Source: a candidate division WWE3 bacterium (lineage in GTDB: Bacteria; Patescibacteriota; WWE3; 2-01-FULL-39-13). From it: a stretch of DNA of 64,000 nucleotides. Below, one piece after another: positions 49,556 to 58,596 of the stretch. Where the stretch lies: contig CALRDH010000004.1 in the NCBI GenBank assembly GCA_943354835.1, forward strand, positions 10,851-74,850, read 5' to 3'. The notes under the pieces are model-generated. The model saw only the letters and a program-made list of their open reading frames with translations, did not search any database and was not told the DNA's origin. Position 1 is the stretch's first letter; every line of letters begins with the position of its first letter. Made by a program: the position numbers and the translations under genes.

Positions 49556-49635
49556 ACCCAGAATTTCAAAAAACAGTCGAATACGTTTCGGACATGCGAA
49601 TCAGATAGAAATATTGGAATTCAACCGGTCACGTT

Positions 49636-49944
49636 TTATGAAGGCTTCACAATTCCACACAACCAACCCTCAAAGTTTGAATTAATTTTGTCTACATTCA
49701 GCTCACCTATAAAGTTGTCGTAAGTAATATGAGATTTTATTACGGGCTCAATTTCTTTATATTTTCCCTCAATCGTCTTAATAATCAAAACAACTTCGGC
49801 TTCTTCTGTAATTTCATTTTCATAATTATAGATACAAGTTATAGGAAAAATATTCACACAATTTGCCAATTTCTTTTCCAGTAAACCTCTACCAATCTTT
49901 CTCGCCTCCTCTACGTTGTTTAAAGTAGTATATATCAATTTCAT
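49636..49944 (-). CDS. cutA: Divalent-cation tolerance protein CutA
   Basis: EARKIG..LLEKKLANCVN, E.EVVLIIKT and H.TYD; start at ATG 49944. Confidence 0.88.
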   Translation of the reverse strand: MKLIYTTLNNVEEARKIGRGLLEKKLANCVNIFPITCIYNYENEITEEAEVVLIIKTIEGKYKEIEPVIKSHITYDNFIGELNVDKINSNFEGWLCGIVKPS

Positions 49945-49976
49945 AGAGCAATTATACATTATGTTAATATTAGATT
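49945..49976. promoter_or_regulatory. 32-bp bidirectional promoter module (copy 1)
   Basis: Back-to-back -10 boxes, each 6 nt from an ATG; 27/32 identical to 51556-51587. Confidence 0.7.
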
Positions 49977-51074
49977 ATGACTCACAACGAAGATGACGAC
50001 AGTGCAAATCCATTTGATGCAGCAACTATTCAAGAAATAAAAAGGTACGACCTTGGAGATCAACAACAAGGCTATAGGTATATGGTAGATCATCGGCTTT
50101 CAAATGGCTTACCATACGTTTCATTCGAAAACGAACACAAACAAAGAATTACACAACTCACTCCAGAATCTATTTCTCAAGTAGTCGGTCGTACTGTACG
50201 CCCAGGAGCTTGGACCGTGTCAGATTCAAGAAATTTATCTGCATCAACAACTTCACCAGAAGCTGCAGGCGTGATAATAGAATGTAAAAGGACACATGTA
50301 GGGTGGGAAAGCGGAAAGGAAAACATCCATGATAGAACAAGTACAGTAGTTGTAAGCGAGGATCCTAATCAAAATGGTTACTCAATAGACTATAGAGTTA
50401 AAACATTAAATACAGCAAAAGTGCTAAAACCTACATTAATAATAAATGTAAATGAAGCAAATAACCAAGCAACCACTTCAACAGTTTCGATTGGACGAAC
50501 AACTGGAATTCTAATATTAGAATTTGATGATGATGGAAATTTACAGAAAATCGCAGTATCTAAAGACAGATTAAAAACAGAAGTGAGTGCATCGCAATTA
50601 TCACAATATCCAGCAATTGAAAGAGAAGCTACTAATTTACTTGGAAGAAATTTAAATTTGAATGGTCTTAGACTCGATAAAGAAAGAACCATTTTAAATC
50701 TAGCAGATGGTAATGATTCGCTGGACACGAAACAAGATGTAATTAATGCCGTAGTATTTGAAGAAGCGAAAAGCTCCCAAGGACGCCGAACATCTGTTTC
50801 CACAATTGTTGATGGAAGGAATCAGGCAACGACACAAACACAACCACAACCCAGTGGACTTACCATTAATGCAAGTAATTTATCGATTTCAGAAAGCATA
50901 AATGCAACTGATCGAAATTCCGGACTGCCAGTTACACTAACGGTATCAGAGATCGAAAGCCGCCAACCAGAAACCCTACCGATAGTCTATATTGGAGCGA
51001 ATAACATTGTTTTAGGAAAAATCAAATACACATGGGATACAAACTTACGTGTTTATAGGCTCAACAAAGATTAA
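49977..51074 (+). CDS. Hypothetical protein
   Basis: 365 aa ORF; no motif recognised. Confidence 0.75.
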   Translation: MTHNEDDDSANPFDAATIQEIKRYDLGDQQQGYRYMVDHRLSNGLPYVSFENEHKQRITQLTPESISQVVGRTVRPGAWTVSDSRNLSASTTSPEAAGVIIECKRTHVGWESGKENIHDRTSTVVVSEDPNQNGYSIDYRVKTLNTAKVLKPTLIINVNEANNQATTSTVSIGRTTGILILEFDDDGNLQKIAVSKDRLKTEVSASQLSQYPAIEREATNLLGRNLNLNGLRLDKERTILNLADGNDSLDTKQDVINAVVFEEAKSSQGRRTSVSTIVDGRNQATTQTQPQPSGLTINASNLSISESINATDRNSGLPVTLTVSEIESRQPETLPIVYIGANNIVLGKIKYTWDTNLRVYRLNKD

Positions 51075-51555
51075 CCTTCTTTAATCTTTTACTTTCCGTA
51101 TCAAATATTACAAAGCTGGCTTTTCCTGTTTTGTAGCCTTGGATTTCTCCAGGGTTTACCAAAATGGTGTTTCCAATTTTTGATTCGACGTATTCGTGAG
51201 TGTGTCCAAAGATACACAGATCAAATTCTTTAGATTTAGCAGCAAGTTCAGCAATTCTTGGATAGTGATTCATAAATATTTTGACGCCACCAATTTCTCC
51301 TTCAAATATATCTCCGCACAACTCGATTTTGTTAGAAGAATCCATCATCCTTGTTAAACCAACTTTTTCAGCTTCATTATTGCCCCAAACAAACTTAATT
51401 TTTCCATTAAACTTTTCTAGAATTGCTAACTGCGGAGGTGCTATCAAATCTCCTGCGAATAATAAAAATTCACAGTGGTTTTCATTAGAAATATTAACTG
51501 CCTTTTCTAAATTAACCCAATTATCATGACTATCCGACATTATTGAAATTTTCAT
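51061..51555 (-). CDS. YfcE-like metallophosphoesterase
   Basis: SDSHDN, AGDL, GNNE, FGHTH and NPGE; start at ATG 51555. Confidence 0.92.
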   Translation of the reverse strand: MKISIMSDSHDNWVNLEKAVNISNENHCEFLLFAGDLIAPPQLAILEKFNGKIKFVWGNNEAEKVGLTRMMDSSNKIELCGDIFEGEIGGVKIFMNHYPRIAELAAKSKEFDLCIFGHTHEYVESKIGNTILVNPGEIQGYKTGKASFVIFDTESKRLKKVNLC

Positions 51556-51587
51556 AAGGCAATTATACATTATGTTATTATCAGCTT
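51556..51587. promoter_or_regulatory. 32-bp bidirectional promoter module (copy 2)
   Basis: Shares GCAATTATACATTATGTTA (19 nt) with copy 1, with identical geometry. Confidence 0.7.
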
Positions 51588-52457
51588 ATGAATATCCCAA
51601 CGAAAAAACTATCTTGTGGTTTTGAGATGCCAGTTTATGGTCTTGGCACTTGGGAGATGGGTGGTCGAAAGGAAGCCGATCCAAATAATGATGATAAAGC
51701 AGATATTGAGGCTATAAAATATGCCATTGATTCTGGAATTACGCATATAGATACAGCGGAAAACTATGCAAATGGTCATTCAGAAGAACTTGTGGGAGAA
51801 GCTATTAAAGGTTACGACCGCAATAAACTTTTTATTGTTTCAAAGGTAGGAAGAACTAAATTAAAGCACGACGATTTAATAAAATCCGCCAAAGAAAGTT
51901 TGCAAAGAATTGGAACAAACTATTTAGATCTTTTTTTAATCCATGCTCCAAGCTTAGAAATCCCGATTGAAGAAAGTATGTTAGCAATGAACGAACTTTA
52001 TGATGAAGGACTTATTAAAAATGTCGGCGTCAGCAATTTTACAGTCGAGAGATTTATTGAAGCACAGAAATATTCAAAAGCAAAAATTGTTGCAAATCAA
52101 TTGCACTTAAATTTGAAATACAGAGAAACAGAAAAAAAAGGACTTATAAGATTTTGCCAAGAAAACGATGTAATGTTTATTGCCTGGAGACCAGTTCAAA
52201 AAGGGATTATCCTAGACAGCAACATTCAAATAATAAATGAAATGTGTGAAAAATATCGAAAGACTCCAAGCCAAATTGCAATCAATTGGTTAATCAACCA
52301 AAAGAATATTGTTACACTATCGAAAACTAGAAATAAATCTCATTTAGATGAAAACCTAGGCGCAATTGGTTGGGAAATTGAAAAATCCGACATCGAAAAA
52401 CTTCGAAACGAATTTCCGAATCAAGAAGATTTATCTGATGCAGTGCCGTTGGTTTAA
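51588..52457 (+). CDS. Aldo/keto reductase
   Basis: GLGTW, IDTAENY, LDLFLIH and GVSNF. Confidence 0.93.
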   Translation: MNIPTKKLSCGFEMPVYGLGTWEMGGRKEADPNNDDKADIEAIKYAIDSGITHIDTAENYANGHSEELVGEAIKGYDRNKLFIVSKVGRTKLKHDDLIKSAKESLQRIGTNYLDLFLIHAPSLEIPIEESMLAMNELYDEGLIKNVGVSNFTVERFIEAQKYSKAKIVANQLHLNLKYRETEKKGLIRFCQENDVMFIAWRPVQKGIILDSNIQIINEMCEKYRKTPSQIAINWLINQKNIVTLSKTRNKSHLDENLGAIGWEIEKSDIEKLRNEFPNQEDLSDAVPLV

Positions 52458-52461
52458 CTCT

Positions 52462-52767
52462 TCACCCTTGCATATCAATGGCTTCGATGACGTCGATTCT
52501 TCCACCAGCCGTTAAATGAGGATGTCCGTTTGTAAGGGCGACGGCTTCATTTAAGTCTTCAGCAGAAATTACTGTGTAACCATTTGTGGTAGAGGTTTCA
52601 GTTCCTCCGACAGTTTTTCTTTCACCAAATGGAGCTCCCATATCAACAACCTTACCGGAAAGCTTATCAAAATAGGCGACCCAATCACCCATTATTTTAT
52701 TTCTTTCTTCCTCTGAAATATCAGACGCGGTATCACCACCGAAATATAGATAAATAAATTTTTTCAT
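52462..52767 (-). CDS. YciI-like protein
   Basis: GYTVISAEDLNEAV...HPH...GGRIDV. Confidence 0.75.
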   Translation of the reverse strand: MKKFIYLYFGGDTASDISEEERNKIMGDWVAYFDKLSGKVVDMGAPFGERKTVGGTETSTTNGYTVISAEDLNEAVALTNGHPHLTAGGRIDVIEAIDMQG

Positions 52768-52785
52768 AGAAATAATACTAACATA

Positions 52786-53712
52786 CTAGCCTCTGTAAAA
52801 CTCCATTACCTGCTCGACAATATTCTTTTCAAATCCATCATACGAGTGATCGGCTCCTTCGAATATTTTTGTTTTTACAAGCGGAGATTTTGTTAGTTGC
52901 GATTTTAGAATTTCGATTGAGCCTTCTATTGTGTTTCCAACTTGCAATGCATAATCCTTGGTTCCTCCAATTATTAGTACGGGCAATTCGATATTATTTA
53001 CATGTTTCCAGTCGTGGTCTCTTTTCGTGTAACAAAACACATTGCAGTTTGAGTCTTTACTAAAAAAATTAACATATGTATTTGCTGACAAAACATATTC
53101 ATTATCTAAAATTTCAGATAGCAATTGCGTGCCTTTTCCATCTTCGATCATTCGCTTGGCTTCGGCCAAAACTTTATTGTGTAATTCCTCGCGAGCCATT
53201 GGCCATGCATACATGTCAACCGGACTAATTAGTATCAAGCCTTTTATCAGATACTGCGAACTTACAGACGCAGTATTCTGAAATGCTCGCATAGCGGGCA
53301 TTATAAAATCATGCTTTTTTTGATTCATATAATAGACAACCTTCGAAGGAGCAAGACTATGCGCTTGAATATAAATTTCCCTGTAACCAAGATTTTTTGC
53401 AAACAAAACCCAAGCATCAATATCAAAAACAGACTCCTCAAAAATCTCTAAAGCATTACCATAACTTGGATACAAATCCGGATCTTTTGCGAATTGAGTA
53501 ATACTACCTGTTCCCCTATGTTGGACAGACAAAAAAGCAAAATCACTTTTTGGAAAATTTTCATGAAAACCTGCATACCAAGAATTTGTATAAGGATCCC
53601 CTGCCATGCCATGAATATGCAAAATTAATTTTGACCTAGAATCCGTCTGGCTTAACAATCCTGAAAGATGAAGCCCATCTGAAGTTATAGTTTTGACTAA
53701 AGAAATTGGCAT
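52786..53712 (-). CDS. Alpha/beta hydrolase (DUF1749-like) carrying a 19-aa insertion
   Basis: HIHG, AHSLAP nucleophile elbow, GTKD and GADHS. Confidence 0.85.
   Translation of the reverse strand: MPISLVKTITSDGLHLSGLLSQTDSRSKLILHIHGMAGDPYTNSWYAGFHENFPKSDFAFLSVQHRGTGSITQFAKDPDLYPSYGNALEIFEESVFDIDAWVLFAKNLGYREIYIQAHSLAPSKVVYYMNQKKHDFIMPAMRAFQNTASVSSQYLIKGLILISPVDMYAWPMAREELHNKVLAEAKRMIEDGKGTQLLSEILDNEYVLSANTYVNFFSKDSNCNVFCYTKRDHDWKHVNNIELPVLIIGGTKDYALQVGNTIEGSIEILKSQLTKSPLVKTKIFEGADHSYDGFEKNIVEQVMEFYRG
53244..53304. mobile_element. 57-bp in-frame double-hairpin insertion flanked by TTAT direct repeats
   Basis: TTAT at 53244-53247 and 53301-53304; hairpins at 53247-53281 and 53282-53302; removal restores HDF-IKGLILISP. 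Confidence 0.6.
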
Positions 53713-53855
53713 ATGACGATATTATACATAAGTTATAATACACTTATGAGTAAGAATATATTTAAAGATCACGGATTTAAATAGAAATCAGTTAGTGCAA
53801 ATTTTACACATACTGTTTCCGGTTGAAACTTATCTGATGAATCCCACATACGTAC

Positions 53856-54515
53856 TTATTTTGCTATCTCTATGAATTGATTTAGGGGAAGTGTTTTTTT
53901 TACTTTCACACCCGCATTTTCTTTTTCTTCTATTACGAAATTTAATATACTTGCTTTTGGATTTATTGATTTGGGGTATCCTGCCCCACAATTGAATTCA
54001 ACGATCTGCTGACCTTTTGTAATTTGATATTCCCACACTGTATTTATCTGGCAATCATTGGGAATTGGTTCATAAATTTTTTCTATATAAAAGATAATTG
54101 GAAAATTTACATCACTATTTATTTTAACTGCTCCAGTTAGTGTTGAGGATTTATCTACTTCGAATTTTACTGGTTCTATTGTAACTTTTTCCTGAATTTC
54201 ATTCATTTTCATTGAATAAAGGGGTTCATAGATCGCCCTTCCAGTAAAAGTTAAAACAACCAAAATCAAAAGGCCGATAATAAAAGGTGAGAAAAGTAAA
54301 ATATTCTTACTAATTTTTTTAAATGAAAAAGCTAAAGGAATACTACAAAAAAGATAAATTGGCCAAGTAAGTAATATAGCAAGATATCCAAAATCTCCAC
54401 CTCCTAATTGAATATGATAAAAAGTCTCGAATGCAAACTTATAGATAATAAAATAACTAATTAATGCTGAATATAAAAATATTAATGCTTTCTTTTTAAC
54501 AATAGAAATATTCAT
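53856..54515 (-). CDS. Hypothetical membrane protein
   Basis: 3 N-terminal TM segments and a soluble C-terminus. Confidence 0.7.
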   Translation of the reverse strand: MNISIVKKKALIFLYSALISYFIIYKFAFETFYHIQLGGGDFGYLAILLTWPIYLFCSIPLAFSFKKISKNILLFSPFIIGLLILVVLTFTGRAIYEPLYSMKMNEIQEKVTIEPVKFEVDKSSTLTGAVKINSDVNFPIIFYIEKIYEPIPNDCQINTVWEYQITKGQQIVEFNCGAGYPKSINPKASILNFVIEEKENAGVKVKKTLPLNQFIEIAK

Positions 54516-54518
54516 ATC

Positions 54519-54863
54519 TTATTCCTCCCTTTCTTTTGCACCGGGTATATTCATTAGGTTTTTTAGATGCGGGCTAACTATGCTTCCAATTATAAATACA
54601 ACTATGTAAGTAAATCCATCTATTACTTTATTGATCTGACCATCTATTATTAAAATAATTGCTAAAATCAATGCACATATTGGTATTGCATACATTACAA
54701 CTATTATAAGTAAGGTCGCCGCATCTGATATCCTTTTTCTATTGTAGTATGTATCTTTTTTCGTATTATTTTCTAATTGTTTATCGAGCGTGATTTCTTC
54801 TTTAGCTCTTTTGGGATCTATATCATCAACCGACGGGTGTCTTACAATTATAATCTCAGGCAT
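54519..54863 (-). CDS. Small two-TM protein coupled to the IrrE-like gene
   Basis: Start overlaps the upstream gene's 3' end; 2 hydrophobic helices. Confidence 0.7.
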   Translation of the reverse strand: MPEIIIVRHPSVDDIDPKRAKEEITLDKQLENNTKKDTYYNRKRISDAATLLIIVVMYAIPICALILAIILIIDGQINKVIDGFTYIVVFIIGSIVSPHLKNLMNIPGAKEREE

Positions 54864-55386
54864 AAGAAATATACGGCACGTTGTAATTTAAATTACGCAA
54901 GCGGATTATTGCAACCATTGTAGAAACTTTAAATGCTTCAGCAATTTTTTGAATTATTGAGCTATTAATTTCGGCATTTTTATCTAAATTTTCTTCTTTA
55001 ATAAATCGGCTTATGGCTTTTTCTGGCATAAGAATTTCTTCTGCCAATTTATTTGCTTCAATCTCAATATTACTAAAATCATTTTTACTTCTTTTAATAA
55101 CTTTGTGACTATCTACAAGATCTTTATGTAAAACCGCGTGAGCCAGCTCGTGTGCAATAGAAAACCTTTGTCTTGCAACAGAATCTTGATCACTAATATA
55201 AATGCTTACCTCACCATTTTCCTTTTTCCTAACAGCCCCACTTACACCTTCGCCAAAAGGATACTCATAGACTTTTATACCAAACCTATTTGCAAGCTTA
55301 ACAACATCTACACTATTGCCATCTTGAGCATGCTCCTCTGCTAATTTAATAAGATCTTCTTTTGTCAAAGCAGGAGCTTTATCCAT
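54856..55386 (-). CDS. ImmA/IrrE-family metallopeptidase
   Basis: RQRFSIAHELAH and EIEANKLAEEILMP. Confidence 0.9.
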   Translation of the reverse strand: MDKAPALTKEDLIKLAEEHAQDGNSVDVVKLANRFGIKVYEYPFGEGVSGAVRKKENGEVSIYISDQDSVARQRFSIAHELAHAVLHKDLVDSHKVIKRSKNDFSNIEIEANKLAEEILMPEKAISRFIKEENLDKNAEINSSIIQKIAEAFKVSTMVAIIRLRNLNYNVPYISYA

Positions 55387-55416
55387 AACCGAATTATACC
55401 CAGAAGGACAGAGGAG

Positions 55417-56058
55417 TTACAAGATGTTGGTGAGAATTTGATTTAAAACATTATTAAAGTTTTCCTCTTTTATAGTTTCGTTTGTTATTGGATAGAATCC
55501 GTGGGTCGCATTTTTGATATAAGAAATATTTAATTGATGTTTTAGTTGCAGGTTTATTTCATCAATATCTTTTTTGGTACCAAGTAAATCTTCTAGTCCT
55601 TGGATTATTGTAAGTTTGTTTAACAAATCGCCCAGCTTATTTAGATGCTCTACGTAATCTTTTACATATCCGGGTTTTTCTTTAAAAGGATTTTCCTTTA
55701 AAAGATCTAACTCTAGCGGAAATCCAATTTTAACCGGAAACCCCAATATTATTATTTTATTTACAATAGGATTTGAAATAATATCTTCATGAAGTGAAAT
55801 CACACCACCCATAGATTTTCCGATTATATTTATTTTCTGATAACCTTTTTTCTGAAATGAATCAATTACATTTTTGAGTTCCTCTATCTCCTTTTCATTT
55901 TGCAAAGAAGGTTGCCCACCACTTTTAATATATTCGAAATCAAAACCAAAACATTCATTTTGTCTCTCGTTCAATTTTTGAAATAAAAATTGAATTAGCT
56001 CGGTATTAAAACCCTCTGATGCTCCGTGTAGGAAAAGATTAATTGTTTTTGAAGCCAT
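55417..56058 (-). CDS. Alpha/beta hydrolase
   Basis: FLHG, GKSMGG, QG.ED and ATHGF. Confidence 0.8.
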   Translation of the reverse strand: MASKTINLFLHGASEGFNTELIQFLFQKLNERQNECFGFDFEYIKSGGQPSLQNEKEIEELKNVIDSFQKKGYQKINIIGKSMGGVISLHEDIISNPIVNKIIILGFPVKIGFPLELDLLKENPFKEKPGYVKDYVEHLNKLGDLLNKLTIIQGLEDLLGTKKDIDEINLQLKHQLNISYIKNATHGFYPITNETIKEENFNNVLNQILTNIL

Positions 56059-56060
56059 TA

Positions 56061-57089
56061 TTATTTCCTTTTCGCATCCAAAATTTTATTTACTTCTCGA
56101 TCGAAATCAGAGATATAGTTTCTATCCTGTTCTACTCGATATTTTTCATATGCTTCTAGCGCCAATTCTTCGGCAACTGCATTACTAACTTTTCCTAAAT
56201 CTTTCAAGATATCACGGTCATTTAATTTCAAAAACTGATTTAGCTTTATTTCCCAATCATGCATGAACATTGCCTGCTTGCGTTTAGCTTGTGATTCGGC
56301 AAATATTAAGTATTGCTCCACTATGCTATTTAGGCCCGCCAGTTCGTCTTTATCTAAATAATTTTTAGCAATAGTAACGTCCGCTTTGCGTATAGGTCCA
56401 TGTGGACTGTTTTTCCAATTAGTCAGCCCCATATTTGTTTTGCTACTGTCTACTCGATTGCTAATAATTTCTGCAGCTGTATAGCCCGAAATAGCAAAAT
56501 GCAATTTATTTTGTACCGTGGCAAAAAAATGCTGAGCTTCAGGACTATTTTTGTCATAGTCCACACTGCACTGTGCATAAATATCAGTGATCTTTTGATA
56601 AAATCTCCGCTCACTACTACGAATGTCGGCTATACGAGCCAATTGTTCTTCAAAATAATCTTGACCAAAAGAATAATTTGGAGTTTTCAGCCGTTCATCA
56701 TCCATGGTGAAACCTTTGATAATGTATTCCTTCAGTCGTTCTGTCGCCCAAATACGAAAATGAGTTGCTTGGGTAGAATTAACTCGATATCCTACTGAAA
56801 TAATTGCATCTAGATTGTAAAACATCGTCTTATAAACTTTGCCGTCATTAGCAGTTATTTCCATTTTGGAAACAACTGATTTTTCTAACAATTCACGACT
56901 TTCAAAAATATTCTTAAGATGTTTGTTTATAGCAGGAACACCAACTCCAAAAAGGTCAGCGATTTTTGCTTGCGTAAGCCATATATTTTCATCTCGTAAA
57001 AATATTTCTACTTTCACCTTACCGTTTGGAGTCGTATAAAGTAAAAATTCTGTATAACTATTTTGTTTTATAACTTTATTACTCTTCAT
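56061..57089 (-). CDS. RhuM-family protein (copy 2)
   Basis: Same motifs as 19556-20590. Confidence 0.9.
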   Translation of the reverse strand: MKSNKVIKQNSYTEFLLYTTPNGKVKVEIFLRDENIWLTQAKIADLFGVGVPAINKHLKNIFESRELLEKSVVSKMEITANDGKVYKTMFYNLDAIISVGYRVNSTQATHFRIWATERLKEYIIKGFTMDDERLKTPNYSFGQDYFEEQLARIADIRSSERRFYQKITDIYAQCSVDYDKNSPEAQHFFATVQNKLHFAISGYTAAEIISNRVDSSKTNMGLTNWKNSPHGPIRKADVTIAKNYLDKDELAGLNSIVEQYLIFAESQAKRKQAMFMHDWEIKLNQFLKLNDRDILKDLGKVSNAVAEELALEAYEKYRVEQDRNYISDFDREVNKILDAKRK

Positions 57090-57179
57090 ATTGGAATTAT
57101 ACCGCGGTTAGAGCCTGATTGATGGCGTGGAAAAATAGAAATCCATAGCTGGGACGATTGATCTGTGAACAACTTATTT

Positions 57180-57602
57180 TTATTTTATATCTTTAAGTAA
57201 TTCAAGCGAAAGCGGATTTATAAAGTTTTCAGGGATTTCTGAAATAGGACACCATCTCCATTCACTAAATTTTTCTGGCTCCATTAGAGTAGCATCCTGA
57301 TCTGTAACGCAATGAAAAACGTACAAACAGTCGCCATCTTTTGCTCCTGGAAGCTGACCTAAAGAACTTACTATATCAAATCCAACAATTCCGACTTCTT
57401 CATTAACTTCTCTTCTAAGAGTCTTTCCAAGGGTTTCACCTTCATCACACCTACCTGCCGGAGCAGTCCAAACCGAAATATCTTTCCATGTCCCTTTTGT
57501 ATAATTTCTAAGTCCTATTAACAACCTTCCATCTCGTATAAAAAAAGCCGCCACTGCATCTGTAGGTTTTCCTTCTTGTTCAAGAATAGATTCTAATTCC
57601 AT
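57180..57602 (-). CDS. NUDIX hydrolase
   Basis: Nudix box G....GET....LRREVNEEVG. Confidence 0.9.
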   Translation of the reverse strand: MELESILEQEGKPTDAVAAFFIRDGRLLIGLRNYTKGTWKDISVWTAPAGRCDEGETLGKTLRREVNEEVGIVGFDIVSSLGQLPGAKDGDCLYVFHCVTDQDATLMEPEKFSEWRWCPISEIPENFINPLSLELLKDIK

Positions 57603-57632
57603 ATGGAAATATTATACGCCAATTCAATATGC

Positions 57633-57710
57633 TTAAATTTCCTTAGACAATTCTATCCAACCACTTTCTTCATATCCCATAGATTTATACCATTGATAGA
57701 ATTTTAGATT
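57633..57710 (-). pseudogene. 3'-end remnant of a probable GNAT acetyltransferase gene
   Basis: Translates NLKFYQWYKSMGYEESGWIELSKEI*; shares 18 identical nt with 58459-58476. Confidence 0.5.
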
Positions 57711-57711
57711 T

Positions 57712-58434
57712 TTATTTTGTGTCTTGTTTATCTTGCTTAGTCTTTACCAAGTTGTTAAAAGTTTCAAGTTTCTCCAAGTTTTTTTCTCTTGTTCTATACC
57801 AATTAATAAATTCATCTATAGATTTAACATTATCAGCTAATACCGCTTTATAAATTTCAACAGATTTTAATTTCCCTTTCCCTAATTTTTTAAGTTCAGA
57901 TGAAATAGGAGATATAAACATTTTAATTCGAAGTATTATTTCCCTTTTTTCATCATTAATCATTTTGTCCCAATTATTTATAAGTCTATCTACATCATCT
58001 TCTTTAACTTCGTTTACAATTGAGATTTCGAAATCCCACTCTTTACTGTTTACGACTTTATTGGATTTTAGTGAATCAAAACTTATAAAATACCCAAAGC
58101 CTTTATTCTCTTTTTCAAGATAATTAGAATCTCTGTCGTAATCATAATAATTAATTGGATGAATCCTTCTTATACCACGAACCTGTAAAAATCTCTGACA
58201 TAAATCAAACCAAGTTTGCATAAGATCTTGATTCGTGTTCAAAAAGATATCAATGTTTCTTGTGCACATAACTTGTAAAAGTTTCGAACCTTTTATAATG
58301 GGAACACCATAATCTTTTAAAACGTCGACAACTCCATATTCTTCAAGCAACGCATCTGATTCATTTTGTAAATTCTTTTCTAAAAAGAAAACTTCTTCCC
58401 TGGAAAGCTTCTCGATACTTAATTTCGAAATCAT
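57712..58434 (-). CDS. Hypothetical protein with a degenerate nucleotidyltransferase-like motif
   Basis: GS...RNIDI resembles GS...DxD; AAGGAGG upstream. Confidence 0.65.
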   Translation of the reverse strand: MISKLSIEKLSREEVFFLEKNLQNESDALLEEYGVVDVLKDYGVPIIKGSKLLQVMCTRNIDIFLNTNQDLMQTWFDLCQRFLQVRGIRRIHPINYYDYDRDSNYLEKENKGFGYFISFDSLKSNKVVNSKEWDFEISIVNEVKEDDVDRLINNWDKMINDEKREIILRIKMFISPISSELKKLGKGKLKSVEIYKAVLADNVKSIDEFINWYRTREKNLEKLETFNNLVKTKQDKQDTK

Positions 58435-58439
58435 AAATC

Positions 58440-58496
58440 TTAAACCTCCTTAACCAACTCTATCCAACCACTTTCTATCATTGGTGATATTTTCAT
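58440..58496 (-). pseudogene. 18-codon mini-ORF MKISPMIESGWIELVKEV, a probable internally deleted gene
   Basis: GGTATAAT 6 nt before the ATG; its 3' part matches the 57633-57710 remnant. Confidence 0.5.
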
Positions 58497-58596
58497 AAAA
58501 GAATTATACCGCAGCGTAGATGCTATCTTTGTGGTATAAAAAATTGGAGAGGATTATTGATAATACGAACCCTAATCTAGACATCTGAAACTTTAC

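Noticed and set aside
49942-49969. Chromosomal dif site
   Set aside because: Only the spacer and XerD-like arm resemble dif. The other arm lacks the inner ATAA, and the sequence is also explained by two -10 boxes. Kept only as a hypothesis in the module finding.
50551-50561. 11-nt reverse-complement match to the left arm of the 57-bp element
   Set aside because: Isolated, within a coding region and without the partner arm; compatible with chance.
53746-53784. MSKNIFKDHGFK mini-ORF as a functional peptide
   Set aside because: More simply a truncated gene start behind the third promoter module; no independent support.
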